This document shows, in pieces, positions 9,979-20,373 of a stretch of 64,000 nucleotides of DNA. Both the position numbers and the translations under genes were made by a program. This DNA comes from a bacterium (GTDB taxonomy: Bacteria; Bdellovibrionota_C; UBA2361; CALJRW01): assembly GCA_031385045.1 (NCBI GenBank), contig JANNBC010000011.1, positions 17,857-81,856 on the forward strand, read 5' to 3'. The notes under the pieces are model-generated. The model ran no database searches and had not been told where the DNA came from. It saw nothing but the letters and a program-made list of their open reading frames with translations. Position 1 is the first letter of the stretch. Every line of letters begins with the position of its first letter.

Positions 9979-10147
9979 CAAAATCTTTAATAGCAAAACC
10001 TTCCCTCTTAACAATTCATTGCTTAGGCCTACCCTAATAACTCTTCAAAAGTTCTTAAAAATACTTTTTAGCACAACTTACTCATAATTTTCTCGATTAT
10101 CTCCCATCCATAATCGCTACTTATTCTTAGAAGATAAGATCAGCGAC

Positions 10148-10176
10148 TTGAAATCTAAATGTAACTGAGTTACAAT
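10148..10176 (+). promoter_or_regulatory. Promoter with overlapping operator palindrome for the toxin-remnant/HTH pair
   Basis: TTGAAA(10148)-17 bp-TACAAT(10171), with tgtaact-g-agttaca (10160-10174) overlapping the -10. Confidence 0.6.
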
Positions 10177-10345
10177 ATGAACAAGAATCATAAGACAACA
10201 AACCTCTTAATGAAAGTTAAGTTTTGTATTCAACACGGGCTTTATCTTGACACTAGACACGCTTCAGATCGACAGTCGTCAGAAAGACAAATTAATAGAT
10301 TTGAATATTTTGTTGATTATTACAGCAATTGATTTGGACCTAGAA
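10177..10345 (+). pseudogene. Internally deleted/frameshifted DUF4258-like toxin remnant
   Basis: 51-codon ORF 10177..10332 has YLDTRHASDRQ..ERQINRFE; the family-like C-terminus LLIITAIDL is in the +1 frame from 10310. Confidence 0.55.
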
Positions 10346-10346
10346 C

Positions 10347-10799
10347 ATGCTAATAAAAACTAAGAAACATCACATCGATCATGGGTTAGGGTTTCCAATT
10401 AAACTTTTAAATGTGCCAATGTGCAAAATGAGAGGAGAATGGACACCTGCTATTAATTATAACTTGCTTAGTAAATTAGTGCTTCATCAACTCTGCTGTC
10501 TGGAAAGCAAGCTAAGTGGCAATCACGTCAGATTTATCAGATTATATTTTGAAATGACCCTACAGCAATTTGCTGAGCGTTTTGGAATTACTCACCCTGG
10601 CGTTATTAAATGGGAAAATATGAGGGGCGAACCAACTGGCATGACTTGGGCAATTGAAAAAGATGTGAGATTATTTATTCTTTGTCGGCTCTCTAAGAAA
10701 TCAAAAGAGTTAGTGAGTCTTTACCGAACCCTTGAAAAAGTAATTAACAAAACTGACTCTATTTATTTAGAAATAGATCTTCGAAAACTGGCGGCATAA
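10347..10799 (+). CDS. XRE/Cro HTH protein (MqsA/HigA-like antitoxin)
   Basis: GLGFPIKLLNVPM N-terminus, VRFIRLYFEMTLQQFAERFGITHPGVIKWE helix-turn-helix. Confidence 0.75.
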   Translation: MLIKTKKHHIDHGLGFPIKLLNVPMCKMRGEWTPAINYNLLSKLVLHQLCCLESKLSGNHVRFIRLYFEMTLQQFAERFGITHPGVIKWENMRGEPTGMTWAIEKDVRLFILCRLSKKSKELVSLYRTLEKVINKTDSIYLEIDLRKLAA

Positions 10800-10801
10800 A
10801 A

Positions 10802-13657
10802 CTACTGCGAACAACTACAAACCAAATTCCGATCTCCATAAGCCGCATCAATCCGCGCAACAGTTGGCCAGAATTTATAGCTCTTCACAAAACTGGTTGG
10901 ATAAGCTGCTAGTTCACGAGAGTAAGGATGCTCCCAAACGTTAGCACAAACTTCCAGCGCTATGTGAGGCGCTGACTTTAAAGGATTATCAGCACGATCT
11001 AATTCCCCTGATTTAATATCAGAAATTTCTTTAGAAATTCCAATCATTGCTTCGCAAAAGCGATTAATTTCCGATAGGCTTTCAGACTCAGTTGGTTCCA
11101 CCATAATCGTTCCCGGAACTGGCCAAGAGACTGTAGGAGCATGAAAACCATAGTCCATTAATCGCTTAGCAATGTCTTCCACTTCCACACCAACTTCTTT
11201 AAATGATCGACAATCTAAAATACACTCATGCGCTACTAATTTATTTTTACCACGATAGAGAACTGGATAAAAACTAGCTAACTTATGTGCCATATAATTA
11301 GCACTAAGAATTGCCACCTGAGATGCTTTAACTAAACCTTCAGCTCCCATCATGGCGATATAAGCAAGAGAGATGGAAAGAATTGAGGCACTGCCATAAG
11401 GCGCAGCCGAAACTGGCCCAAAGCCATCATTACTAAATGCAAGTGGATGTGATGGTAAATAATTTCGCAAATGTTCTTTAGCGGCAATTGGCCCCACTCC
11501 CGGCCCGCCACCACCATGTGGAATACAAAATGTTTTATGCAAATTAATGTGCATGACATCAGCTCCAATTTCTGCTGGATAAGAAAGTCCCACTAGCGCA
11601 TTAAAATTAGCACCATCTAAATATACTTGCCCGCCATGCTTATGAATTAATTCACAGATAATCTTAATGTCTTCTTCAAATACTCCATGAGTGGAAGGAT
11701 AAGTAACCATTAAGGCAGCTAAATTACTTTGATGTAATTTAGCCTTTACTTCCAGGTCTACTAAATCAACATTTCCATCATTGTCGCACTCCACTACAAT
11801 AACTTTTAAACCAGCGATCACGGCACTGGCAGGGTTTGTTCCATGCGCCGACTTAGGAATTAAGCAGATATCTCGATGAGCTTCTCCCTTAGCATTTAGG
11901 AAAGCTTTAATCGCAATTAATCCAGCGAACTCCCCTTGAGAACCAGCATTAGGTTGTAAGGAAACACAATCAAAACCAGTAATTTCCTCCAAAGACTTCT
12001 CTAGAGTTTTAATTAACTCCAAGTAACCAATAGTTTGAGAATCAGGTGCAAACGGGTGAATCTTAGAAAATTCTGGCATAGTAACTGGCAACATTTCAGC
12101 AGTAGCATTTAATTTCATGGTGCAAGACCCAAGTGGGATCATTGCTGTTGCTAAAGATAAATCCTTTGTCTCTAATCTTTTGGCGTAACGCAAAAATTCA
12201 GTTTCAGTATGATAGGCATTAAAGACAGATTCTTTTAAATACTGATCACTTCTGCTTAAGGAAAAACCAAGTTGCTCGTTGGCAAAAATTGATTCAATTT
12301 CTTTTAGTGATATTTCCTTTTTAATTAGAACTTTAATTAATTCTTGAAGATCTTCGGCCGAAGTTGTTTCATCAAGTGCAATAATAATGGAACCCTTTTT
12401 CCAAAGACCTAAATTGATATTTAATGCTGCTGCCCTAGCAAGCATCTCCGGATTGGCATCAATTTCAATCGTATCAAAAAATTCTTTTTGCTTAATGGCA
12501 ATTCCATTTTGCCCTAAAACTTGTGCTAATGTTTTTGTTAAGCGATGTACCCGCGAGGCAATTGCTTTTAAGCCAGCTGGACCATGATAAGTTGCGTACA
12601 TAACTGACATAATTGCCAGTAGTACTTGCGCCGTACAAATATTACTAGTCGCCTTATCCCTACGAATATGTTGCTCACGAGTTTGTAAAGATAATCTAAG
12701 TGCCGGATTACCTAAGCGATCCTTAGAAACACCAATTAATCTTCCAGGAATTAATCTTTGAAACTCGGTCTTACAAGCAATAAAACCTGCGTGCGGGCCA
12801 CCAAACCCCATTGGCACACCAAAGCGTTGTGCTGAACCAACAGCGATATCCGCTCCTAATTTTCCAGGAGACTCTAATAAACAAAGCGCTAACAGATCTG
12901 TACCAACGGTAATAAAACATCCGGCATTCTTTGCCGTGGTAATAAATTTACGATAATCAACAACCCCACCATGACTAGCAGGGTACTGTAAGTAACAACC
13001 AAAGACTTCTTGAAACTCAGAAAACATTTGATAATCGGCAACTTCTAATTCAATTCCTAGACTCGTAGCTCTAGTTTGAATTACAGCCAGCGTTTGTGGA
13101 AAAACATTTTGATCAACAAAATACTTACGAACGTTAGGATTATTTTTCCCATAAAGATTATAGGACATATACATAGCCTCAGCCGCGGCAGTGCCCTCAT
13201 CTAGAAGTGAAGCATTAGAAATCTCTAAGCCTGTTAAACTCATAATCATTGTTTGAAAATTTAACAATGCTTCTAAGCGACCCTGAGAAATCTCTGGCTG
13301 ATAGGGAGTATACTGTGTATACCAACTTGGATTTTCTAAAATGTTTCTCTGAATTACTGCAGGAATAACTGTATCATAATACCCGCAACCAATATAACTT
13401 TTGCCAATAATGTTTTTCTTAGCAAGTGATTGAAAGTATGCCAAACATTCAGCTTCCGACAGAGGCTCGGAAAAAGTACTAAGCTTTAAATCTTTGGAAA
13501 CTCGAATCTGATTAGGGATAACTTTAGTAATAAAATCATTTAAGGTTTGATACCCAAGTTCTTTTAGTAGAACATTAATCTCAGAATCACTAAGACCAAG
13601 ATGTCGATTTGCAAAGATATCCGTTGTCTTAGTTGATGATTGTTGTTCAATTCCCAT
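10802..13657 (-). CDS. gcvP: Glycine dehydrogenase (glycine cleavage P protein, single chain)
   Basis: [35 protein letters not shown] lysine in [18 protein letters not shown]. Confidence 0.98.
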   Translation of the reverse strand: MGIEQQSSTKTTDIFANRHLGLSDSEINVLLKELGYQTLNDFITKVIPNQIRVSKDLKLSTFSEPLSEAECLAYFQSLAKKNIIGKSYIGCGYYDTVIPAVIQRNILENPSWYTQYTPYQPEISQGRLEALLNFQTMIMSLTGLEISNASLLDEGTAAAEAMYMSYNLYGKNNPNVRKYFVDQNVFPQTLAVIQTRATSLGIELEVADYQMFSEFQEVFGCYLQYPASHGGVVDYRKFITTAKNAGCFITVGTDLLALCLLESPGKLGADIAVGSAQRFGVPMGFGGPHAGFIACKTEFQRLIPGRLIGVSKDRLGNPALRLSLQTREQHIRRDKATSNICTAQVLLAIMSVMYATYHGPAGLKAIASRVHRLTKTLAQVLGQNGIAIKQKEFFDTIEIDANPEMLARAAALNINLGLWKKGSIIIALDETTSAEDLQELIKVLIKKEISLKEIESIFANEQLGFSLSRSDQYLKESVFNAYHTETEFLRYAKRLETKDLSLATAMIPLGSCTMKLNATAEMLPVTMPEFSKIHPFAPDSQTIGYLELIKTLEKSLEEITGFDCVSLQPNAGSQGEFAGLIAIKAFLNAKGEAHRDICLIPKSAHGTNPASAVIAGLKVIVVECDNDGNVDLVDLEVKAKLHQSNLAALMVTYPSTHGVFEEDIKIICELIHKHGGQVYLDGANFNALVGLSYPAEIGADVMHINLHKTFCIPHGGGGPGVGPIAAKEHLRNYLPSHPLAFSNDGFGPVSAAPYGSASILSISLAYIAMMGAEGLVKASQVAILSANYMAHKLASFYPVLYRGKNKLVAHECILDCRSFKEVGVEVEDIAKRLMDYGFHAPTVSWPVPGTIMVEPTESESLSEINRFCEAMIGISKEISDIKSGELDRADNPLKSAPHIALEVCANVWEHPYSRELAAYPTSFVKSYKFWPTVARIDAAYGDRNLVCSCSQ

Positions 13658-13714
13658 AATTATTATTGGCTAAATATCTAAATTAAAGTTTTCTCTATCC
13701 TCACACTAGTGAGC

Positions 13715-14095
13715 TTAAGCATGTGTAAGTTTGGCGTATTCTTCAGCTGACATAAGTTTAGCAACTTCTACTTCCGAAATATTTTCCAACTCAAAAATCC
13801 AAGCAGCGCTATGGGGATCTGAATTTAGTAAATTAGGCTGGTCGTTTAATTCTTGATTAACGCTAACAACTTTCCCAGAAATAGGCGCGTAGACATCAGA
13901 AGCCGCCTTTGTAGATTCCACAACACAGGCGGGACTCCCAGCATGCAGTTCCTTGCCAATAGCAGGAAGTTCCACATAAACAACCTCACCTAATTCCGAC
14001 TGAGCAAAATAGGTAATCCCAATTCTAGCTACGCCATTTTCCAGCAACACCCACTCATGATCTTTAGTATACTTATAATTTGTTGGATAATTCAT
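13715..14095 (-). CDS. gcvH: Glycine cleavage H protein
   Basis: YTKDHEWV, lipoyl-lysine VESTKAASDVYAP; ATG at 14095 preferred because it avoids overlap with ald. Confidence 0.95.
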   Translation of the reverse strand: MNYPTNYKYTKDHEWVLLENGVARIGITYFAQSELGEVVYVELPAIGKELHAGSPACVVESTKAASDVYAPISGKVVSVNQELNDQPNLLNSDPHSAAWIFELENISEVEVAKLMSAEEYAKLTHA

Positions 14096-14100
14096 AATAT

Positions 14101-15210
14101 CTACTCCAAAACTAAATCTACACATTCTAAATTAAGCGCATGGGCAACTTCCAAGTTACAGATTTGCCCACCATAAGTATTCACAGCTTTCATTAATTCA
14201 GGCGTAGCTTTTAAGGCTTCCGTTAAACCTAAATCAGCAATCTTCTGAACATAAGGAAGTGTTACTTTTGTTAAAGCCTTAGTTGAAGTTCGCGCAACTT
14301 GCGATGGCATATTTGGAACGCCATAATGAATCACTCCAGCTTCAACATAAGTTGGATGCTCCAAGCTAGTTGTCTTAATTGTTTCCGCAGCTCCACCTTG
14401 GTCAATAGAAATATCAATCAGGACTGAACCTTCTTGCATTAACCCTACCTGCTCTTTAGTTAATACTCGTGGAGCTTTTGCTCCAGGAATTAGCACAGCT
14501 AAGATCATCACATCAGTTTCGGGACATAACTTAGAAATATTTTCTGGAGTAGATTGGTAAGTCTTTAAGCGATCTCCATAACGACTAGCTAAATCAGCTA
14601 AGCGTGCTTCATTAATATCTAAGACATGAACCCTAGCTCCCATCCCATAGGCTACTTCAACCGCAGCCTGACCCGCAATTCCAGCACCAATCACGGTTAC
14701 TTCCCCAGGAGAAACTGTATTTGTTCCCCCTAGCAGGACTCCCCGCCCACCTTTTTGTGTCAAAATTAAATGCGCTCCAAGTTGCACCGCAAGTTTTCCA
14801 GCAACCTCGCTCATTGGCTCCAAAAGCGGTAGTCGCCCATCAGGCATTTGAACTAATTCATAACTAATTCCTGTCATCCCTGACTTAACTAGTTCCTTGG
14901 CAACTTCTGGTAATCCAGCCAAATGTAGATAATCAAAAATTACTAAATCTTTGCGAAAATATTGATATTCTTCCGGAGCTGGCTCTTTCACCTTTACTAA
15001 TAATTCGGCTCGCTTCCAGCACTCCTCAAGTGTTGAAACAACTTCACAACCAACATCTAAATAATCTTGATTTGTGAAAAAAGAGCCTAGGCCCGCATCT
15101 TTCTCAATTAAAACTTTATGCCCTGTAAGAATTAACTGCCTTGCTCCATAGGGAGTGATCGCGACTCTTTTCTCTAGGGTTTTTCTTTCTCTCGGTACGG
15201 AAATGATCAT
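14101..15210 (-). CDS. ald: Alanine dehydrogenase
   Basis: KVKEP, LPLLEPMSEVAG, GAGIAG, DISIDQGG, HYGVPNMP motifs. Confidence 0.93.
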   Translation of the reverse strand: MIISVPRERKTLEKRVAITPYGARQLILTGHKVLIEKDAGLGSFFTNQDYLDVGCEVVSTLEECWKRAELLVKVKEPAPEEYQYFRKDLVIFDYLHLAGLPEVAKELVKSGMTGISYELVQMPDGRLPLLEPMSEVAGKLAVQLGAHLILTQKGGRGVLLGGTNTVSPGEVTVIGAGIAGQAAVEVAYGMGARVHVLDINEARLADLASRYGDRLKTYQSTPENISKLCPETDVMILAVLIPGAKAPRVLTKEQVGLMQEGSVLIDISIDQGGAAETIKTTSLEHPTYVEAGVIHYGVPNMPSQVARTSTKALTKVTLPYVQKIADLGLTEALKATPELMKAVNTYGGQICNLEVAHALNLECVDLVLE

Positions 15211-15318
15211 TGTAATTTTTTTTTTAATTAGTAAGATTAGGCTGATAGGATAATATTGAAAATATTCCCAATGATTTAACGAGTATTGTCAATCCGCCTA
15301 CGCTAAAGCTTTGGCGCA

Positions 15319-15367
15319 TAATTATTACACCCAGTTAGTCGAAACGACTAACTGGGTGTAATAATTA
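15319..15367. repeat. Perfect 23-bp inverted repeat between divergent ald and folD
   Basis: taattattacacccagttagtcg-aaa-cgactaactgggtgtaataatta. Confidence 0.85.
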
Positions 15368-15391
15368 AAAACCTTTAACTAATAAGTCAAC

Positions 15392-16315
15392 ATGAAGTTT
15401 AATAAAGATAAAAATAATTTTAAGAAATTAAGTGGCAACTGGTTGTCTAGTATTTTGCAAGCTGAAATACTAGAAGAAGTTCAGCAACTTAAGACTAAAA
15501 AAGGACGCGTCCCCGGACTTGGAGTAATTTTAGTTGGCAATAATCCCGCATCCCTTTCTTATGTCAAACGTAAAAGTATGGTTGCTGAGCAACAATGTGG
15601 CTTTATTACTAAAGATCTAAACTTAGCTGATAACTGTACTGAAGCTGAACTCTCCGAGGCAATTAAAAAGTTTAATCAAGATCCAGAAATAGATGGAATT
15701 CTCTTACAACTTCCACTACCAAGACACCTTTCGGCAAATAAATTTATTGATCAGATTGATCCTAGAAAAGATGCCGATGCGCTTCACCCCTTAAACCAAG
15801 GGATTATGTTTCGGGGGGAAGGATATTTAAAACCTTGTACACCACTTGGCTCAATGGCGCTAATTGATCTAGCCTATTCTAAGTTTGAATCTGATCAAGC
15901 TAATGTTAAATTCTCAGATATTCCCGAAGTAGATTTAAAAGGTAAGACTGCTGTTATTATCGGCCGTTCAATTTTAGTTGGGAAACCACTTCACTCCCTA
16001 CTTCTAAATCGTGACTGCACAGTAATTCAAGCTCACTCTAAAACAGGAAATATCGCGGAAGTGTGTAAACAAGCAGATATTATTTTAGCTGCCGCTGGCG
16101 TACCACAATTAGTTAAGGCTTCGTGGATTAAAAAAGGTGCTGTTGTGATTGATGTTGGAATTAATCGTAACCCAGAAGGATTTTTAATTGGAGATGTGGA
16201 CTTTGAAGAAGTTGCCCCTCTCTCCTCTGCAATTACTCCTGTCCCTGGTGGAGTCGGTCCAATGACAGTCGCAATGTTAATGAAAAACACTCTAGAAATT
16301 TACAAAAGACAGTAA
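15392..16315 (+). CDS. folD: Bifunctional methylene-THF dehydrogenase/cyclohydrolase
   Basis: GILLQLPLP, KDADALHP, PCTPLG, GRSILVGKP, ITPVPGGVGPMT. Confidence 0.97.
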   Translation: MKFNKDKNNFKKLSGNWLSSILQAEILEEVQQLKTKKGRVPGLGVILVGNNPASLSYVKRKSMVAEQQCGFITKDLNLADNCTEAELSEAIKKFNQDPEIDGILLQLPLPRHLSANKFIDQIDPRKDADALHPLNQGIMFRGEGYLKPCTPLGSMALIDLAYSKFESDQANVKFSDIPEVDLKGKTAVIIGRSILVGKPLHSLLLNRDCTVIQAHSKTGNIAEVCKQADIILAAAGVPQLVKASWIKKGAVVIDVGINRNPEGFLIGDVDFEEVAPLSSAITPVPGGVGPMTVAMLMKNTLEIYKRQ

Positions 16316-17409
16316 TGACTATCCAAAGAACTCCGCTTTACACCGAACATCTAAAACTTAAAGCCCAGATGGTTCCTTTTGCTGGTTGGGAAATGCCAGT
16401 TAGCTATTCAGGAATCATTGCCGAGCATCAAGCTTGTCGACAATCAGCAGGACTATTTGATGTTAGCCACATGGGTGAAATCTTAGTCTCTGGAGCTCAG
16501 GCTGAAGAAACTTTACAATATCTCTGCTGTAATGATCTAACTAAAATTAAAGATGGGCAAGCTCAATATTCAGCTTTCTTAAATCCTAACGGCGGTGTTA
16601 TCGACGACCTAATTATTTACCGTTTTAATTCTACTAAATTCCTTCTTTGCGTTAATGCTTCTAATGCCGAGAATGACTATCAGTGGATGCTTACTCATAA
16701 TAAATACCAGGCAGAGATTTTAAACCTGAGTAATTTTTACGGACAAATTGCTATCCAAGGCCCAAAGGCTGAAGCAATTCTAATAAAACTTTTTCCAACT
16801 GCTTCGGAATTAAAATACTTTCACTTCTTAGAAACTAACTGGCTAGATCGCCCAGTGCTAATTGCGAGAACTGGCTACACCGGAGAAGATGGCTTTGAAG
16901 TATACTTGCAAGCGGAACACACAGCTAAACTTTGGACTGAGTTACTAGAACTTGGTGGAGCAGACATTACACCTTGTGGTTTAGGCGCTAGAGACACATT
17001 AAGACTAGAAGCTTCCTATCCTCTGCATGGTCATGAATTAACACCAGAGACCCCTGCTCTCTCTTCAGGACTAGCTTGGATTATAAAATTTAATAAGCCA
17101 AACTTTATTGGCAAAGATGCCTTAGTTAAATACAAAGAATCAAACTATCCAAGACTCACTGGCCTGGAATTACTAGAACCAGGAATTGCTCGTGAAGGAA
17201 CTAAAGTTTTCAACGGAGCAGGAGTTGATATTGGACACTTAACTAGTGGCACAAAAACACCAACACTTAATAAAGCAATTGCCTTAGGAATTATCGATGC
17301 CAAAGAATCTGAACTTGGAAATGAAGTCTTCCTAGATATTCGTGGACGTAAAGTTAAAGCAATTGTTAGGAAGCTACCTTTCTATCAAAAATCCCCGAAC
17401 CAGTCATAA
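16315..17409 (+). CDS. gcvT: Glycine cleavage aminomethyltransferase T
   Basis: FAGWEMP, LFDVSHMGE, RTGYTGEDGFE, GLGARDTLRLEA. Confidence 0.97.
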   Translation: MTIQRTPLYTEHLKLKAQMVPFAGWEMPVSYSGIIAEHQACRQSAGLFDVSHMGEILVSGAQAEETLQYLCCNDLTKIKDGQAQYSAFLNPNGGVIDDLIIYRFNSTKFLLCVNASNAENDYQWMLTHNKYQAEILNLSNFYGQIAIQGPKAEAILIKLFPTASELKYFHFLETNWLDRPVLIARTGYTGEDGFEVYLQAEHTAKLWTELLELGGADITPCGLGARDTLRLEASYPLHGHELTPETPALSSGLAWIIKFNKPNFIGKDALVKYKESNYPRLTGLELLEPGIAREGTKVFNGAGVDIGHLTSGTKTPTLNKAIALGIIDAKESELGNEVFLDIRGRKVKAIVRKLPFYQKSPNQS

Positions 17410-17440
17410 TAACGATCGTTCTAATCTAAGTAAAATTCAC

Positions 17441-17475
17441 TTGACTGAATTTTACTCACGAGTATAATTCAGTCA
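17441..17475 (+). promoter_or_regulatory. Promoter embedded in a 16-bp inverted repeat (probable operator), leaderless start
   Basis: TTGACT(17441)-16 bp-TATAAT(17463); arms tgactgaattttactc / gagtataattcagtca with 1 mismatch; ATG at 17477. Confidence 0.65.
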
Positions 17476-17476
17476 T

Positions 17477-18604
17477 ATGAATATTACTCGTTCTCTAAAA
17501 AAGCCAATTACAACTGATTTAAAAGATAAGATCGTGTTAATTGGAGGACCTAGGCAGGTTGGAAAAACAACACTAGCCAAAACATTTATTCAGAAGAATG
17601 AACAATATTTAAACTGGGATGACTTAGAAGATCGTCAAATACTAAAAACTCATCAAATCGATCCAAAACTAAAAATCGTTATTCTGGATGAAATTCATAA
17701 ATATGCCAGATGGAGAACACTCTTAAAAGGTTTATATGATAAGTATAAGCAGGAACTAAAAATCATCGTAACTGGATCAGCAAAACTTGATCATTTCAGA
17801 AAAGGTGGAGATTCTCTTTTCGGTCGTTTTTTTTACTATCGGCTTCATCCCTTAACTCTAGCTGAAGTAGATCCTAAACTTCAAACTCAAACTCAAACTC
17901 TGGAACGCCTAATTAAATTTGGTGGATTTCCAGAACCATTTATTAAAGCGGATCAAGATTTTCACCGCAGATGGCAAAGGGAGCGAATTAGCCGAGTTAT
18001 AAAACAAGACCTAAGCGATCTAAGTCATGTTAACGAAATTTCCTTACTAGAACTTTTAGTTGATGCTCTTCCACAACGAGTTGGCTCCCCCTTATCAATT
18101 AAAAGCCTACAAGAAGATCTAGAGGTTTCACCAAATACTGTTTCTAGATGGATCAGTCTCTTAGAAGAAATCTATTACTGTTATCGGATTATTCCCTATG
18201 GCCCACCAAAAATCAGGGCAGTTAAAAAAACTAATAAACTATATCTCTGGGACTGGTCAGAAGTGCAAGATGTTGGAGCACGCAATGAGAACCTAATTGC
18301 TTCGCACCTTTTGAAGTACTGTCACTATCAGGAAGATACCAAAGGCTTCAAAATGGAACTTCGCTATTTAAAAGATGTTGATGGAAAAGAAATAGACTTT
18401 GTAGTCATAAAAGATAAGAAACCAATCTTTGCTGTAGAATGTAAAACTGGGGAATCAAATATCTCTAAAAATCTCTTCTATTTTCAAGAAAGAACCGAAA
18501 TCCCTAAGTTTTACCAAGTTCATTTTGGTCAGAAACAATACCAAAATAAAAATATAATGGTTTTGCCATTTGCTGAATTCTGCAGGATTGAAAAAATTCC
18601 CTAG
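17477..18604 (+). CDS. AAA_14 ATPase with DUF4143/PD-(D/E)XK-like C-terminus
   Basis: GPRQVGKT, LDEIHK, VTGSA, GGFPEP, EIDFV…AVECK. Confidence 0.88.
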   Translation: MNITRSLKKPITTDLKDKIVLIGGPRQVGKTTLAKTFIQKNEQYLNWDDLEDRQILKTHQIDPKLKIVILDEIHKYARWRTLLKGLYDKYKQELKIIVTGSAKLDHFRKGGDSLFGRFFYYRLHPLTLAEVDPKLQTQTQTLERLIKFGGFPEPFIKADQDFHRRWQRERISRVIKQDLSDLSHVNEISLLELLVDALPQRVGSPLSIKSLQEDLEVSPNTVSRWISLLEEIYYCYRIIPYGPPKIRAVKKTNKLYLWDWSEVQDVGARNENLIASHLLKYCHYQEDTKGFKMELRYLKDVDGKEIDFVVIKDKKPIFAVECKTGESNISKNLFYFQERTEIPKFYQVHFGQKQYQNKNIMVLPFAEFCRIEKIP

Positions 18605-18707
18605 ATCCTAATTGCCTGTATTTACTAGTAATGATTTTTATTACTTGAAAAATTAGGCTGTATAGGCTAGTATTTCATGAAATACAACATGTTGCACGTC
18701 AAATATC

Positions 18708-19847
18708 ATGTACATTAGAAGAATACTAAATCTCGAAAAAACTCTACAAAGAAAATCCTGCTTCCTACTGGGACCAAGGCAAACAGGCAAAACTAGTCTG
18801 ATTAAAGAAACATATCAGGATGCAAAATATTATAACCTACTAGAAGTAGAAACTTTTCGAGCACTTAGTCAAAAACCAGGCTTGATCAAAGCTGAACTAA
18901 GCCCCAAAGATCAATTAATAATCATTGATGAAATCCAAAAACTTCCGGAATTATTAGATGAAGTGCAACTAATTACTCAAAGTTCCTCTGTAAAATTTTT
19001 ACTAACTGGATCTAGTGCCAGAAAATTGAAACGTGCCGGAGTAAATCTTTTAGGTGGGCGAGCAAAATCAATTAACTTGCATCCTCTAGTCAAAATTGAA
19101 CTTAAAGATCAATTTAACTTAAACCAAGCTTTACAAAAAGGACTACTACCCTCGATTTATTTTTCAGATGATTACTACTCAGACTTAAAGGATTATATTG
19201 AGTTATACCTAAAAGAAGAAATCGCTATTGAAACTCAAATCAGAAATCTCTCTAATTTTTCTCGTTTTCTAGATATAGCGGCTCTTTACAATTCACAAAT
19301 AATTAATTTCACAAATATAGCTAATGATGCACAAGTAGCTCCAAGCTCCGTTAAAGAGTATTTTCAAGTTCTAGTTGATACTCTCATAGCTAATCGCTTA
19401 CCAGCTTGGACTAAATCAAAAAAAAGAAAGGCATATTCATCTGATAAATTTTATTTCTTCGATATTGGTGTAACTAGGTACCTTCAAGGTAGAAAAACTC
19501 TTGATCGCAACTCTAGTGATTTCGGTGAAGCCTTAGAAAGTTATCTTTTTCATGAACTATCCACTTATTGTGATTATGTTTCTGGAGATAATCTAGCTTA
19601 CTGGAGATCCACGTCTGGATATGAAGTTGACTTCCTACTTGGAGAACATACTGCCATAGAAATTAAAGCGACCGAAAGAGTTGTATCCAAGGATCTAAAA
19701 GGGCTTTTAGCCTTGAAAGAGGAAAGCATTTTCAAAAATTATCTTTTGGTTAGCCTAGATACTCGAGAACGCAGAGAAGCTGGGGTAGAAATTCTTCATT
19801 TAAATACTTTCCTGAGTCGACTTTGGAATAATGATTTTAGCGATTAA
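18708..19847 (+). CDS. AAA_14 ATPase with DUF4143 (second, divergent member)
   Basis: GPRQTGKT, IDEIQK, LTGSSAR, KFYFFDIG, EVDFL…IEIK. Confidence 0.88.
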   Translation: MYIRRILNLEKTLQRKSCFLLGPRQTGKTSLIKETYQDAKYYNLLEVETFRALSQKPGLIKAELSPKDQLIIIDEIQKLPELLDEVQLITQSSSVKFLLTGSSARKLKRAGVNLLGGRAKSINLHPLVKIELKDQFNLNQALQKGLLPSIYFSDDYYSDLKDYIELYLKEEIAIETQIRNLSNFSRFLDIAALYNSQIINFTNIANDAQVAPSSVKEYFQVLVDTLIANRLPAWTKSKKRKAYSSDKFYFFDIGVTRYLQGRKTLDRNSSDFGEALESYLFHELSTYCDYVSGDNLAYWRSTSGYEVDFLLGEHTAIEIKATERVVSKDLKGLLALKEESIFKNYLLVSLDTRERREAGVEILHLNTFLSRLWNNDFSD

Positions 19848-19853
19848 ATGAGA

Positions 19854-19889
19854 AAAGCCCCTTAAATTGTTTCCAACCTAAGGGGCTTT
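19854..19889. terminator. Hairpin between convergent genes (likely terminator)
   Basis: aaagcccctta…taaggggcttt, 11-bp arms. Confidence 0.65.
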
Positions 19890-19911
19890 CTAATTAGTCT
19901 TCTGAAAAGAC

Positions 19912-20259
19912 CTAAGCTACAGGAGCAGCTTCTGCAGTTGCTGTCGCAAGTTCTTCTTTCTTATTTTTTTTGGTAGACGTAGCCTCAACTTCAATCTTCT
20001 TACGCGCCTTACGAACTACTACTGGGGAATTAATCACTAGAGCAGTCTCTTCATCTTCTCGCTTATAAGAGATATCAAAACCATCTTTCTCAATTTCGAA
20101 ATATTTTTCGATCACCTGAACTAACTCTTCTTTAAACGAAGCCATTTCTTCACTGTTTAATCCAGTGCGGTCTTGAACCAACACGAAATGTAATCTGCTC
20201 TTGGCTGTCTGATTGCTACTAGCTGCACTGCCAAAAATTTTCTGCCATAAAGTAATCAT
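19912..20259 (-). CDS. minE: Cell division topological specificity factor MinE (with a charged C-terminal extension)
   Basis: TAKSRLHFVLVQDR, FKEELVQVIEKY; directly downstream of minD. Confidence 0.88.
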   Translation of the reverse strand: MITLWQKIFGSAASSNQTAKSRLHFVLVQDRTGLNSEEMASFKEELVQVIEKYFEIEKDGFDISYKREDEETALVINSPVVVRKARKKIEVEATSTKKNKKEELATATAEAAPVA

Positions 20260-20373
20260 TTGAAACCCCTTAAATAATTATCCGAACGCTAATCAAAGTT
20301 TGAATAGCTAAAAAACAACTCGCTAAACAATGATAAATTTTAGTATTTATCAGGTAGCTGTTAACTCTCTATT

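Noticed and set aside
15211..15391. Glycine riboswitch upstream of the gcv genes
   Set aside because: No recognisable aptamer consensus; only a palindrome and a REP-like motif.
17880..17899. Short tandem repeat (tcaaac)x3 in the first AAA gene
   Set aside because: An in-frame hexamer encoding QTQTQT; too short to suggest phase variation.
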